A stretch of 61,338 bases of DNA, filler included, from Rhizaria sp. SCN 62-66 (taxonomy: Eukaryota), in the NCBI GenBank assembly GCA_001724265.1. It is 3 parts of 3 records of this genome, joined end to end, with 100 filler letters (N's around TTAATTAATTAA, not from the genome) between each part and the next. Parts side by side here need not be neighbours in the genome. Positions count along the whole stretch, not along the records: positions 1 to 20,563 come from MEDY01000455.1; positions 20,664 to 41,085 come from MEDY01000457.1; 1 more part is not named here. One strand, written 5' to 3'. The position numbers were made by a program, and so were the translations under genes. The notes below the pieces were generated by a model. It was not told the DNA's origin, ran no database searches, and saw only the letters and a list, made by a program, of their open reading frames with translations. This document shows positions 11,786-23,876 of this stretch, in pieces (position 1 is the first letter of the stretch; the number at the start of each line of letters is the position of its first letter).

Positions 11786-14700
11786 TCAGCGCACGAAGAT
11801 AACGAGCGTCTCGAGGTGGTCCGCACCAGGGAACAGCACGTGCCCCTCAGCATGCGCAATCTTCCAGCCGCCGCCTCCGGGCGCAAGCAGACGCGCACAG
11901 TCCCGCTGCAGGGCCTTGAAGCCGCACGACACATAGATAAGCCGCGTTAGCGCGTTGGCAGGCGCACCGCCCACTGTCGCCGCCGCCGCCCCCGCGCCAC
12001 AGGACTTGCTGTTCTTGGCGCTGTTTGTGGCGGCAGCACTGCTGTAGGAGGCTCCGGGGGCAAGCTTAGGCCCCGAGAGGGCGACGAGGACGTCCTCATC
12101 GAGGCCCTTGCGCGGGGGATCAACCAGGCAGACGTTGGGCGGAGGCAGAGGGTCCTTGCGGTCGGCGTTGGCCGGGATCGGCACGCCGGAGCACGCGGGG
12201 GCCATGATGGGACCCTTGCCCTTCTTGGCCTTCTTGGCGCCACTCTCGCCCGCCGCCATAGTAGCGGGGCGGGGGAAGACCTCACCGACCGTGGCCATGG
12301 AGTTGCTCAGCGCACCGGCCTTGACCATGTCGTTCGCGTTCTTGCTGATGTACTTGAGAGCGCGGCCGGCCTTGGTGGCGGCAGGGAGGGAGCCGACGGT
12401 AGCGCGGAAGCAGCGGGCGTTGTACGGATTCTCATCGGAGCACACCAAGTACTCAACCTAAAGCGTATCGCCGTTGGTATAAACAAAAGAAGAGACAGCC
12501 AAGTTAGCGAAATTGAGTAGAGTGGTGATATAACACACGAGATAAACACTTATAAAGATAGAATTAAGAATTCAGGTAGATATTGTACAAACAAAAATTA
12601 TAATATAATTTTTAAACAAGGGAGCCAAACAGTAGCGAGAACTGTGCGTTTAAAGTGCTACGTACCTGGTCGACGAGGTGGAGACCGATGGTACCAACAC
12701 CGCCATACAGCTCCACAACACGCGCGTGCGGGGGCAAAAACGGCTTGATACTGCCGATGATCGTCGCGAAACCGTCGACATTGGCCTGGCGGAAGACTGT
12801 AGGCGGGAAACGGAGGCACGGCATCGAGGTCACGGGAGCTTGGACGGAGATCGCCACGGACAAGGCCATCTCAGACGCAGTCATCGTGTTGTTGCTAACA
12901 GAGGAAGGCAGGAGCATGATCTTCTTGCTGCCACTGCTAGCATCATCCTTGTTAGCGCTATCAGTAGCAGCACCGAAGACAACCTTCTTAGCAGCCACAG
13001 GCACAGAACCAGCAGCAGCGGCAGTCACAGTAGGCGTGTTTTTGTTGTTATCGTTTCCAGCAAAGGTGATCTTCTTGCTAAACTCGGCATCCGTCATGTT
13101 CGCCGCGGTGCCATTAGTCTTGATCTTGCCAGCCTTCTCAAGATTGCTCACAACAGCCTCGTAACGGCTTAACTTAAGCTCCGGCTCCTTCCCCTTAAAC
13201 CCAGCCCCCGCCGCTCCAGCGTCAGTGGCGCCACTCGCAGCGTGTGCAGGCTTCCCCGGCTTGCTACTCTGGCCGTGGTGGCCGGGGGCGACGTTGTTGG
13301 GGTTTTCGACCTGCGACAGCGTTTGCTCCGCCTTGGCCTGCGCCCTGAGAACCGAGGGGGCCTCCGCGTTCAGCCCACGCACGCCCACGGTCGCGGCTTC
13401 ACGGACTGCGATGGTCGGCACAGGCATGGTCTCGATAATCTCCTTCGGCCCCCAGACACGCTGCCACGCCTTGTCGTCGCGGGAGAAGATGGCGTTCGTG
13501 TGGGACCACGCGTTGTTGTAGTGGACCCAGATCGAGTGCCAAAGCCAGTGGGTGCCATCATCTTCCTCGTCCTCCGCCTTCGCAGCCTTCGCAGCATCAG
13601 CCTCGGTCTTGACAGCAGCCTTGGACTCAGTCTTGGCGTTCGCAGCGCCAGTCTTCGTAGCAGCAGCAGACTTGTTGTTGTCGCCGTCCTTGGCTTCGGT
13701 CTTCGCACCAGCCTCCTCCTTGGCTTTGGCCTCAGCCTCAGCCTTGGCCTTGGCCGCCTTGGCCTTGGCCTTCTTGCTGAGACCGCCGCCGTTGCCGCTG
13801 CCGCTGCCCCCAGCAACAGCGCCGCCGGGCCTGGACGCGAGCAAACGACGGATCAACGCAGCCAGCTTCGGCTCACGCGTCTCGATCTCCGCAAGGCCCT
13901 TAGAGCCCTCTGAGCACTGCTCCTGGATCGCAGGTGTGTCGAAACTCGCCGGCTTATCGCAGTCCGCGCCCATCGAGTTCCAGACTAACGTCAGCTGGAC
14001 TGTGCCGCGGCGCGCGCACAGGCCGCTCGACACAGGCGGCGGCTTAGCAACGCTCGCAGCAGCAGCCGTCGCAGCGGCAGCATCCTTAGCACTGTCCTTA
14101 GAGCTATCCTTGCTACCATCCTTGTTAGCGGAGGCGGCGGCGGTTTTGGCACTGTGCGCGGCCAAACGGTCCTGCTCGAGCTGGTACACGCGCGCGGCCT
14201 CCGACGGCATCAGCGGATGCTGCACGATCTGCATCGCCACATAACGCAGATTTCCGGCACCCGTGGTGTCGTTGAAGCCCTCCACCTCGGTCGCGTGCAC
14301 CGCGGCCTCTACTTCCGCGATCGCGGCGTTGACGCCCGTGGCATGCGCGGGGCACGTCTTGATGCCTGGAACGATCTTGTGTGTGCCGGGCTCGAATAGA
14401 CCAATCGCGGGAGCCTCCCAGAGCGTTTCGCCGCGCTCCAGCTTTGCGGCGAGCTTCGCCTCCTTGCGGCTAAGGTGCACGGCGCCCTTGGTGTTCACCT
14501 TGCCGCCCGTGGCGCTGGCGGCGGCGCGCGCGGCGGCGAGCTTCTTGGTGAAGGCGTCGGCTTCGGCCTTCTTGTTAGCGAGTGCGGCAGCAGTCTCGCC
14601 GTACACACGCACCTGCAGGAGGATAAAACAAAAAAAAATTAAGCAATATAACAGCGGAGTGAGAAAATGAATTGTAATTCAGACCCTATGTCGCGTCAAG

Positions 14701-15886
14701 TTACATCAATTAGATTGTTTTTGTTTTCATATCTCGATATATACATGATCAAAGTCATTTTTAATGGTATAACGCATCAGTTGCGATTCTTGTTGTCGTG
14801 ATATGATGTCGTTATTTTTTCGGAACGTACCGCGAGCTTAGCCTGCGAGCGCCAACCGGTGACCGGCCCCATAAAGATGGGAAACGGGGGCACGCCCTCC
14901 ACGGGCGGCGGCAACTGGCGCTGCGCCGCGAGGTTCTTAGCGACTGTAAGCACGGAGGTCACGGAGGGCGCTAGAGACGACGCCGCGTAGGCAGTCGCAG
15001 TGAGCTCGTCAGTGAAGAACGCCTTGGCCTCCGCGATGGTCGGGATCGACAGAGGGGCGCGGAAGTGCTTGAGACTGGGGTCGGCGTGGACACCCGCGGC
15101 AATGGCGGCTTCCTTATTACGCGCAGTCTTCGACTTGGCCTGCTCGTCAGCCTTGGCTTGGGCCTTGGCGGCCTTTTGCTGAGCAGCGAGCTCTGACAGA
15201 GAGGCTTTCTTGGCGCGGTGGTTGACGCCGAAGCCGTTGTCGTCGTCGTCGTTGTCGCCGAGTAACAGAGAGCCGGTCAAGTCCGCGCCGCCGTCATCAT
15301 CATCGTTACGGTAGTCGTCGGTGTCGAGCATCAGAGTCGTGTCGTCATCGTCGTCGTTGAAGCCCCACTTAAAGGCGCCGTCGTCGTTGCTCTTGCTTTC
15401 GCTCTTGCCGGGAGCAGCACGCTTGTTGCTAGAGCTAGCAGGGGCAGCAGTCTCAGTCTTGGGCTTGATAGCAGCAGCAGTCTTGGCAGCAGCCTTCTTG
15501 TTCGAAGAGGGTGCAATGAAAGCGGGCAAGTCGTCGTCATCGTCGCTGACATCGTTCTCAAGGAACGAACGGTGGGAGACTCTCTTAGCAGTGCTGCCGT
15601 CGTCGTCAACGTCGTCATCGTCTTCGAGATCGGAGAGGCCGTCTGCAGCAACGAACTTGTTGGCAGCAGCAGGCTTGCTCGCCTTCTTACTCACAGCCGC
15701 CAGGGGCTTGTTCTGGGCCGCCAGCGCGATATCAGCGGCGGAAACGGCGGAAAGCTTCTGGCGAAGCAGTGCGGCGCGCTGCTGCTGCTCGCGGGAGAGG
15801 TGGGCGGGCTTGGCAGGCGCCGCGAAGCCCGGCTTGGGGCCGGAGGAAGAAGCGACGGACGCCTTCACGGGCGCGGGCGCACTCAT
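11786..15886 (-). CDS. TrmA/RlmD-family RNA (uracil-5-)methyltransferase with low-complexity inserts, ~1224 aa
   Basis: Exons 15886-14831, 14612-12666, 12457-11786 (TGA). Motifs: WRSQAKLAVR, IGLFEPGTH, FRQAN, ELYGGVGTIGL (SAM binding), VDPPRKGLD, LIYVSCG (catalytic Cys), LFPGADHLET. Confidence 0.9.
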
Positions 15887-16051
15887 CCACTACAGTGTTT
15901 GTAAACAAAATTATTGCACGAAATAAACAGATATATAAATGAGACATCTTTTAATGCAGAGGCATTGCTAGTAACGGAAAGACAAGCGAGATACACTATG
16001 ATTGCCGTCCGCACAAGAACAACAACTTCTGTCTCAGCGAGCGCGGCGGAC

Positions 16052-16065
16052 CGGTTCGCGAAAAA
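16052..16065. promoter_or_regulatory. CGGTTCGCGAAAAA element in the methyltransferase/PPP2R3C divergent intergenic region
   Basis: Exact reverse complement of 1058-1071. Confidence 0.6.
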
Positions 16066-16404
16066 GCGACGACCGTTTGCTTTCTTTGCTGCGGGCGCTC
16101 TGTTTTGAAACTAGGGAGCTATCAAATCTCGGGCTCCTGACCTATATTGATCGTCGTTTTACCTGGTAGATAACAACCATTGATAATATTGTCGCACGTA
16201 TCAATTGACTTATTTATATTTGTATTTGGGCTTTTTGCGGCTCGCTACACCTTGCTGAAGTTGTGCCCTCCTCGTCTAACGGCTTTCTCACCCGCGCTTC
16301 TTCATGGTCCTCTGTCATACACTCTTTTTAGTCTTAGCCACGCTTTTACAAACCTAATTAGGTATTCGTGTTGAGTAACTACTGTTTTAGCGCGGTTTCT
16401 GGCG

Positions 16405-19400
16405 ATGGCAGAGCAGTTAGCGTCCGCTCTGGCGCGCTTCAACTCGGCCGCGCGCGCCAAACGCTCAGCCTCACAGCACAGTACCTACGCCAACAGCAGC
16501 AACAGCAACAGCACATCAGCTACCATTGCAGGTGTGCCCATGTCCAGTGAGCAAGGTACGCTTTTCATCTCCCCTCTCGGCTGTCTACTCCATTCCACTC
16601 ATATCATCGCTCTATCGGTCCCAACAACTCTACCTCACTCCCCACACTCTTTTTCTTTCCTCCATCTCTTGTTTCCTCACGACAGCTGCCGAGATCGACT
16701 CCCAGCTGCGCGCATCTTTTGCGCCCGCGCCGCTTTACGCGCCCCGCGCCCCATACCCGCCGAACCCTCGCTACACGGCGAGTTTGACCGACGACGAAGC
16801 CGTGTCCACCGCCCTCACGCTCGCCTCAAACGCGCTGGCGTATGCTGGGGAACTGGCGTCGCCGTACCCAGAGGACGGGCCGGAGGACCCGGAGACGGCG
16901 GACCCCGCGATGTGCTCTGCGTTTGTTGTTCCTTCTTCGCCCGAAGAGCTCGCAGCCGCAGTCGCGTCCGTCACTAGTAAAAACAACAGCAACACCAACA
17001 ACGACAGCTCGAAGGCTACGGCTGATTCGACTGCGACTGCTACTAATGGTGGGCTGCACATCCCTCGTATCTTTCCCCGGCCAACCGACCCCTCACAGTT
17101 GCGGCTTAAGCTCGAAAAGGAGTGCCGAACGAGGTACTTAGAGTCGCTCGCCCACTTACTCCTCTCGGACCAAGAGGTACTTACCCTCTGGCAACAGCTT
17201 CTCTCCCACGAGACAGCACCTAAGTGGGACAAAATCGCTGAAGACGCGGCCGCTGATACCGCGAAAAAGATTGCGTGGGCCGCCACAACCGGCGACGACA
17301 CGCACGGTCACTTGAACGGCGGCGGCGGCTTAGGCCTGTTCAATAGTGGAGGGGCGGGGGCCGGGGGCGCGACGCCGACTGTATTGAGAGCGAGAGATGT
17401 GGCGAGCTTTCACGAGCTCTGGGGACCCTCTCAAGACACCACCACGACAGTGAACGCCACCACCACCAACAACAACAGCGCAAACAACAACAACAGCAGC
17501 AGCAGCGGCAGCAGCAGTAGTAGTAACAACGCTAATGCGAACAAGCGGAAGAGTATTGGCAAGAACGAGCGTGATATCGAGAACGACGCGTACGACAACG
17601 ACGATTTCGACCCCTACGCCGTCGACTTAGGATACTTTAACAACAACAACAACAACAACAACAAGAACCGTGGTCAAAATGACAACGGTGACGGCGAGCT
17701 TGCTGATGTAAACCTTGACGACACGAACCCTCTCAACACGACCGTGAACAACAGCAGCAACAACAATAGCGGTAATGATAACGGCAGTGGTGTCACGAGT
17801 ACGCAGCGGTTACTGACCGTGAGCGAACGCGTCGCACTCGCAGGTTCCGGCGGTATCTACAGTACTCGTGACGCCCTCGGAGCCCGCATGCGTGCCGCCA
17901 CACGCGTCTCACAGTCACTCGCGGCCTCTGCTCTCGGCAAGGGCGGCTTAACTTCCTCTCTGCTGCCCACGGTTGCCGCCAGCGAGGACCTCGAAGCCGG
18001 CGAGCGGCTTGACTTTTTCTCCTACACGGCCGCCGCGCGCGCTTGCGCCGAGTCTGGTGCCCCCGGGGTGGCGGCTTTACTTTCGCCGACACTCTTTGCC
18101 CGTTTCCCGCGTGACTCGCTCGGCCGCATCAGTGCCCGTGCATTGCACCAGTATGTGACTGAGCGCGCGGCAGCGACGCGCGCGCGTATCTCGCTCTCCT
18201 GTTTCGACGAGGAAGGGCTGGGCACGCTGCGGGAGCAGGATCTGGAGACGTATGTACAGGAGCAAATCAGCTCGATGCCGCCGTTGGCCGATGTTGACGA
18301 GATGTTTGCAGTGTATTACACGTACACGGTCGTCCGTAAGTTCATGTTCTTTTTCGACCCCATGCGCAAGGGACGTGTTTCGATTGCCAAGATGGTAATT
18401 TCGCCTGTGTTCAAGCACTTCAACAAGCTTCGTCAGGGTAGCTACATGCCCACGCCGCGCATGGATCCTTCGGTACGTCGCTTCATAAGCAAAATTAATA
18501 TGCAAACTTAATATCAAAACAAATTTCGTTAGATATAGCACACTTAATGGGTGAATTTAAACTCCAAGCCGAGTTAAAGAATCAAAAACCCAATTATTTA
18601 TCGTTCCAATGAAAATTATTCATTTTCGTACTTGTTTGCTTGTTCGTTCCCTTGTTTTAGCTCCACATGAACTCGAGTTTGTCGTGGTACTCGGCCGCCA
18701 TGGCCCGCGCAGTCTATGACCAGTACATCACGCTGGACGCGAACCGCAACGGCATGCTGTCGCGGGATGAGATGTACCACTACAACGGCGGGAATGTGTC
18801 GCCGTTAGTGATCGATCGTCTGTTTGACGAAGTGAGGCTTTATGCCTCTGTCGAGGATGTACGTTACAGTTCTTGATGAAACCAAAGCACGAGATTTGAC
18901 TGCAGATCTCTTGCATGTCTTTTTCAAAATCATTAGAATGCCATTTATTTATATCTTAATTTTTTACGATATAGCAGCAGCGACTTTATTTCAACTTTCA
19001 ATCTCTCACAATTCTATCATCATCATTTATTTTTTATGAATTGCCAACTCTGTGATTGCTTGAACGCGCACTGTAGCCGGCTGAGCTTGAGATGGACTAC
19101 AAGACTTTCCTGGACTTTGTCATCGCTCTCGAGCACCGCGCCACTCCCCAGTCCATCCGTTTCTTCTTCTCCCTCTTAGACGTCCACAATCGTGGCTATC
19201 TCATTGAGGATGACGTGCGGCTCCTGGTCTCCGCTCTGCACCCCAAGCTTCCCCCGGACGTCGCCGACGCCGCCCTCGTTGACGCGGTCGTGCTTGAGCT
19301 GTTTGACCTGGCCGAGCCGCGCGATCCCGGAAGGATTACTCTTCAGGACATGCAGCGCTGTGGCGCCGGCGGGCACATTATCGGTGTGCTGAGTGATGCC

Positions 19401-19463
19401 ACGCTCTGGACGGCGTATGATCAACGCGAGTGGATGCCCAGTCCCAAGCGGCTCACGCATTAA
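16405..19463 (+). CDS. PPP2R3C: PP2A regulatory subunit B'' gamma-like (EF-hand), ~840 aa
   Basis: Exons 16405-16555, 16686-18472, 18661-18858, 19077-19463 (TAA). Motifs: 'LKLEKECRTRYL...LLLSDQEVLTLW', 'GTLREQDLETYV', 'VRKFMFFFDPMRKGRVSI', 'WYSAAMARAVYDQYITLDANRNGMLSRDEM', 'EMDYKTFLDFVIALE'. Confidence 0.9.
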
Positions 19464-20563
19464 ATCAAAAATATCACACTATATGACACATTAAGCGTTG
19501 TAGATGCTTGTGAATATACGTTACTTAGACATTTCAATACAATTTGTTTCTTTGAGATTCGCTTTCGATTGTCATATCTTGTGACGCACGACATTTTACA
19601 TACATATCTGCCTAAGACAATGTCGATGCGAGCTTATACATGTATTAAGCGTACGTCAAGAGACGAGTCAGTCGCATCACAAATCTAAAAATCTAATTAT
19701 CTCTCGGCCCGTCCCCAGTCTCAACAACAACCCATATTAATATGGGCATCAAAAACATGAAAATGTCCGGCTAGTCCATGTCTCGTCGTCAACGACGCAG
19801 ATCGAAAATGCAGTTTGAAGAAGTACGTAGGTCCGTAAATCAACAATATTTTCGAGTTGATTCTGATTCCGCAAATTAATCGCGTTTTTGTGATGAGTCT
19901 TGACGTTGGCTTGTGGAAAGTGTCCGATCAATGGAGACATTGAAAACTTCACAAAGGCGATATTGTATTCCGCGCTTAGTAGGTTTGGTAAAGGATTCTT
20001 ATTTAATATGCAATATTATATATCTTCTGAAATTTCTCTTTTCCCAGCACAACAACGAATATAACCGACAACCTTCGAGGTCCGCCTTCTGTCTGGGCGG
20101 GCTCACAGATACACGATTTGGTCCATTTTGTTGTGTGAGTCTAGATATACGTCATAATGTACAAATTAACGTATCGGTTTATCTTGATATATTTTAGGTT
20201 TGCCTAAAATGTGGCTATTGAGCTTGAAAATTGATTCAACCCGAACTCACATCCTGTATCCATTGTTTGTGTTGCTCTTGAGCCAGCTCAAGCCACATAT
20301 GTCAGCAAAATCGTCATGTTGCAAACTCTGCGGCAAATCCCATTCGGTATCGCGTGATGACTAGCATTTGGTAATTTGTGAAAGTTGCCTAATGGTACGA
20401 AAACTCCCATCTTCAACGATCATTCGCACCTCGTCCCAAACTTTGCATTTCCTGGACATGCAGATTTTCTTGGAAAGTACAAACTTAATTTTTATTTCCC
20501 TTCAATACAGTCTTCGATATACAGCATAATTGAGCATATTCCTTGGTATCCTTACATATAAAC

Positions 20564-20663
20564 NNNNNNNNNNNNNNNNNNNNNNNNNNNNNNNNNNNNN
20601 NNNNNNNTTAATTAATTAANNNNNNNNNNNNNNNNNNNNNNNNNNNNNNNNNNNNNNNNNNNN
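20564..20663. other. Artificial contig spacer (N44-TTAATTAATTAA-N44)
   Basis: 100-nt N-padded six-frame-stop linker, identical to 41086-41185. Confidence 0.98.
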
Positions 20664-22390
20664 CCGCCGCGACCGCCGCGGCGGCGGCGGCCGCCGCCGT
20701 CGCCGCAGCCGGCACCGCGACCGCCGATGTGGCCGCCGCCGCCGCGGCCTCCGCCGCCGCTGCCGCGGCCGTGATCGGCACGTACGTGGTGCCGCGCGAC
20801 GCCGTGCCGACGTTCCCGGTGCCCGGTCTGCGCGCGCCCTCCGCGCAGGCTGTGCCGCCCGAGCACCTCGCGCTCGCGGGGCCCGACTCGCGCTTCGTGC
20901 TATTCGAGGGCGTCCTGCTGCATTACACAGTCCACGTGCGCTCCGACGCCGCCGCCTTCATCGCCAGCACGCGCGCCGCCGCGGGCGCCTGCGCCTCGGG
21001 GCTCGAGCACGCGCTCGCGGGCAGCACCCATGCCTCCAACAACGAGCCCGCCGCCGCCTCGGCCGCTGCGTCCAAGATTAGCGCCGCCCCGGCGTCGCCG
21101 TCGTCGTCTCTGTCGGCGTCGCTTCACGCCTCCGCCGGCAGCGACGCCGCCGACGCCAACGCCGCGGCCCACAACGCGAGCGCGCCCGCGCCTGCGTCGG
21201 TGCCGCCGCCTCCGCCGGCGCTGGTGCTGCACCACGGCTTCGGGTCCTCGCTCTTCTCCTTCCTGCCCACGCTGGGCGCTCTGCTGACGCCCACGGTCAC
21301 TCCGCTCAACGCGGCCGACGCGTCCTTCTCTGACGCCGCCGCCGCGACGGCCGCCGTGGCCGCGGGCCGCGCTGTGTTGGCGCCGGGCGCCTCGGCCGTG
21401 CTGTGCTTCGACCGGCCGGGCTTCGGGCTCTCTGGCCGCCCGCAAGAGGCCGAGATCGCGGCCCGCGAGCGTGCGCGCGCCACGCGGCTGCGCGAGCAGG
21501 GCGCCGTCGAGCGCGAGCGGTCGCGTCTTTCCGCGCTCTACGGTCACTCGCTGCGCGCCAACGCGGCGACGCGCGCGTTGCTGTCGGCGGCCTTCGCACC
21601 CGAGTCGAGCCCCTATCACGTCGACTTCGCGACGCGCGCCACGTTCGCACTGATGCAGGCACACGGGCTCGACCTGCTGGGCGCGGTCGTCGGCGGCCAC
21701 CACTCGGGCGCCGCCGTCGTTGTCCGCACCGCGCTCGCAGACGCCGACGCCGTCGCAGAGCTCGAGTCCACCGCCGCGGCCCGCAACAGCAGCAGCGCCG
21801 GCGGCAGCGGTGGCGCGGGCTCGAGCACGGCTGTCGCGAGCGCGGGCGCGGCGGCGGGGCCGGGCCGCGTGCGGAGACTGGTGCGCGGCGTGCTGCTGCT
21901 GGCGCCGTCGCTGTACGAAGACGGGTTCCCGCAGCTGCTGCGCTCACTCTTCCGGACCGGGCTGGGCCGCTCGATGGTGCACCAGCTGCTGCGCTCCGAG
22001 GTCGGCGACGTGGCGCTGCGGCGCTCCTGGTTCCGCCCCTCGGCCATCCCGCCCGAGGTTGTCGCGCTCAACAAGGCCTTCGCGCGTCTGCCGCACTGGC
22101 ACGCCGCGTTCCTGGTCATGGCCGCGACGCCGTCGCCGAACGAGGCGCTGGTCGCGCGGCTGGGCGAGATCGCGTGCCCCGTTCTGCTGGTGCACGGCGA
22201 GCAGGACAAGATTGTGCCGCCTGTCGCCAGCGGTAAGACGGCGCGCGCGCTCACGGGCAGCGAGTCGGTCGAGCTGGCGCGCGTGCCCGCGTGCGGCCAC
22301 TGCCCGCAGGAGGAGCAGGCGGAGCTGTTCGTGGCCTATACTGCGGCTTTTATCCGCGCCGTCGCCATGCAAGGCTGGACGCTGCCATGA
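20664..22390 (+). CDS. Alpha/beta-fold hydrolase, 5' truncated by the gap
   Basis: LVLHHGFGSSLFSF (oxyanion motif), CFDRPGFGLSGRP, nucleophile elbow VVGGHHSGA, PVLLVHGEQDKIVP (acid), CGHCPQEE (His). The frame is open back to the gap; stop is TGA. Confidence 0.9.
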
Positions 22391-22774
22391 AGTGACTGTA
22401 CGTACCTAGTCCCGGCAGTCGATAGTCCGTCCATGACTCCGATATGACTACTGACTGATGGCTGACTCGAGTTGTTTCGTTAGTCTTGTCATGTGGTTAC
22501 GAAGTCTTAATATGATGGAATGGAAGGAGGTTTATGTTGCTGTTTCACGATTAAGCATTATTAATATTTGCGATTAAGCTTATCGCATCATACACATTGT
22601 TTTGTTTCATATCATAACAGTGACACTTGCGTGTGTGGAAGACCTTTGTTAAATTTTGTATTTGTTATTGGGACATGTTATGTTTTATAGAGAAAGAATC
22701 TGATGCGATGTTGTGTGAGTAGCTAATGTAGGAATCACGAGGTAGCACTGATAGGGCTGTAAAGAGATGGCTGC

Positions 22775-23287
22775 TTAGAGGTCGTCGTCGTCATCGTCGT
22801 CGTCGGAGTCGTAGGACTGCTTCTTGCGCTGGATGCGCACGTTGGACTGCTTGCCCATGCTCACCTGCGCGTACGGCAAAGCAATGGCAGCAACAAAAAA
22901 GCAAAAGCATAAGGAAACAGGGACATGGCAAGGTGAGACAGAGATTGATATAAGCGCATCAAGAGTATCACGGGTTAAAGTACGAGAATGCATTGAGAGG
23001 GGTGTAAGATGGTACTATGGGCGTACCTCATCGAGCATGCGCTTGAGCTGCTCCTCGGTGACGCGCTGGGCCATAAAGCCGTTCTCGGCGCGCTCGACGA
23101 TGAGGTCCGACACGGCCTCGGCCTTGTCCGGGTACACGAGCGCGAGGCGGTCCAGGCGCTCGCGGGCCTCGGGCGACAGCAGCGCCGCCAGACTGATCGA
23201 GCGGCGCTTCTTCGCCTCCGCGATCTGCTTCTCGCGGGACATCTTCTCGTCGGCCTGCTGCTTCAGCTGCGAAGGGTCGATAGACAT
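22775..23287 (-). CDS. PDCD5: Programmed cell death protein 5 (dsDNA-binding family), ~116 aa
   Basis: Exons 23287-23027 and 22864-22775 (TAA); 'LLSPEARERLDRLALVYPDKAEAVSDLIV...RVTEEQLKRMLDEV...RIQRK' followed by an acidic tail. Confidence 0.92.
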
Positions 23288-23550
23288 TGCGCTGCGGGGC
23301 AGGTAACGGAATGTGGGAGTGGAAGCATCATCGGTGACTTGGTGAGCAAGCAAAAGTGGGATGTTGACGGCAATAACATCTGCTGCGGCGCATATAATTG
23401 ATTGCACAGAAATAAAATAGAACGCATATTGCGGGTTGTTGATAGCATGATCTGAATGACGGTTAGGATACAGCGTTCGAAGGATCTTCGTTTGAACCCC
23501 CTAGTTCGAAAGAGTCTCACTGGCCGGCCAACTGCTGCCGGTCAAAAAAA

Positions 23551-23566
23551 CGGTTCGCGAAAAATC
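23551..23566. promoter_or_regulatory. CGGTTCGCGAAAAATC element in the PDCD5/NME7 divergent intergenic region
   Basis: Exact 16-nt reverse complement of 1056-1071. Confidence 0.6.
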
Positions 23567-23876
23567 TAGAGATGAGCAGCAGCGGTCGTTGTCACGAATA
23601 AGAAAATGCCAAGTTCTTGACACTACTATCGAGAACGCGCATATGCTTGTAGCAACATATATTAATGCAATGTAAAGTCCATCAACATTCAATAGTCTTT
23701 TGTATAGTTGGACTTATGCGACGCTTTGATGCTTTGAAAGAACGAGTCGTTACCACATTGTTTCTAACGGTTCCCCGTCCTACCTGAATTGCCTCCCACA
23801 CCTTTTACCAATCACTGATCAACTTCTTGCTCTTCCACATGCTGTATTACGCAAATCCCTCGCTTAAACCCTTCAG

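Noticed and set aside
23480-23545. tRNA-like B-box (GGTTCAAAC on the minus strand) as a possible UAG suppressor tRNA
   Set aside because: The T-stem and acceptor stem do not pair; no cloverleaf. No tRNA was found in the window.
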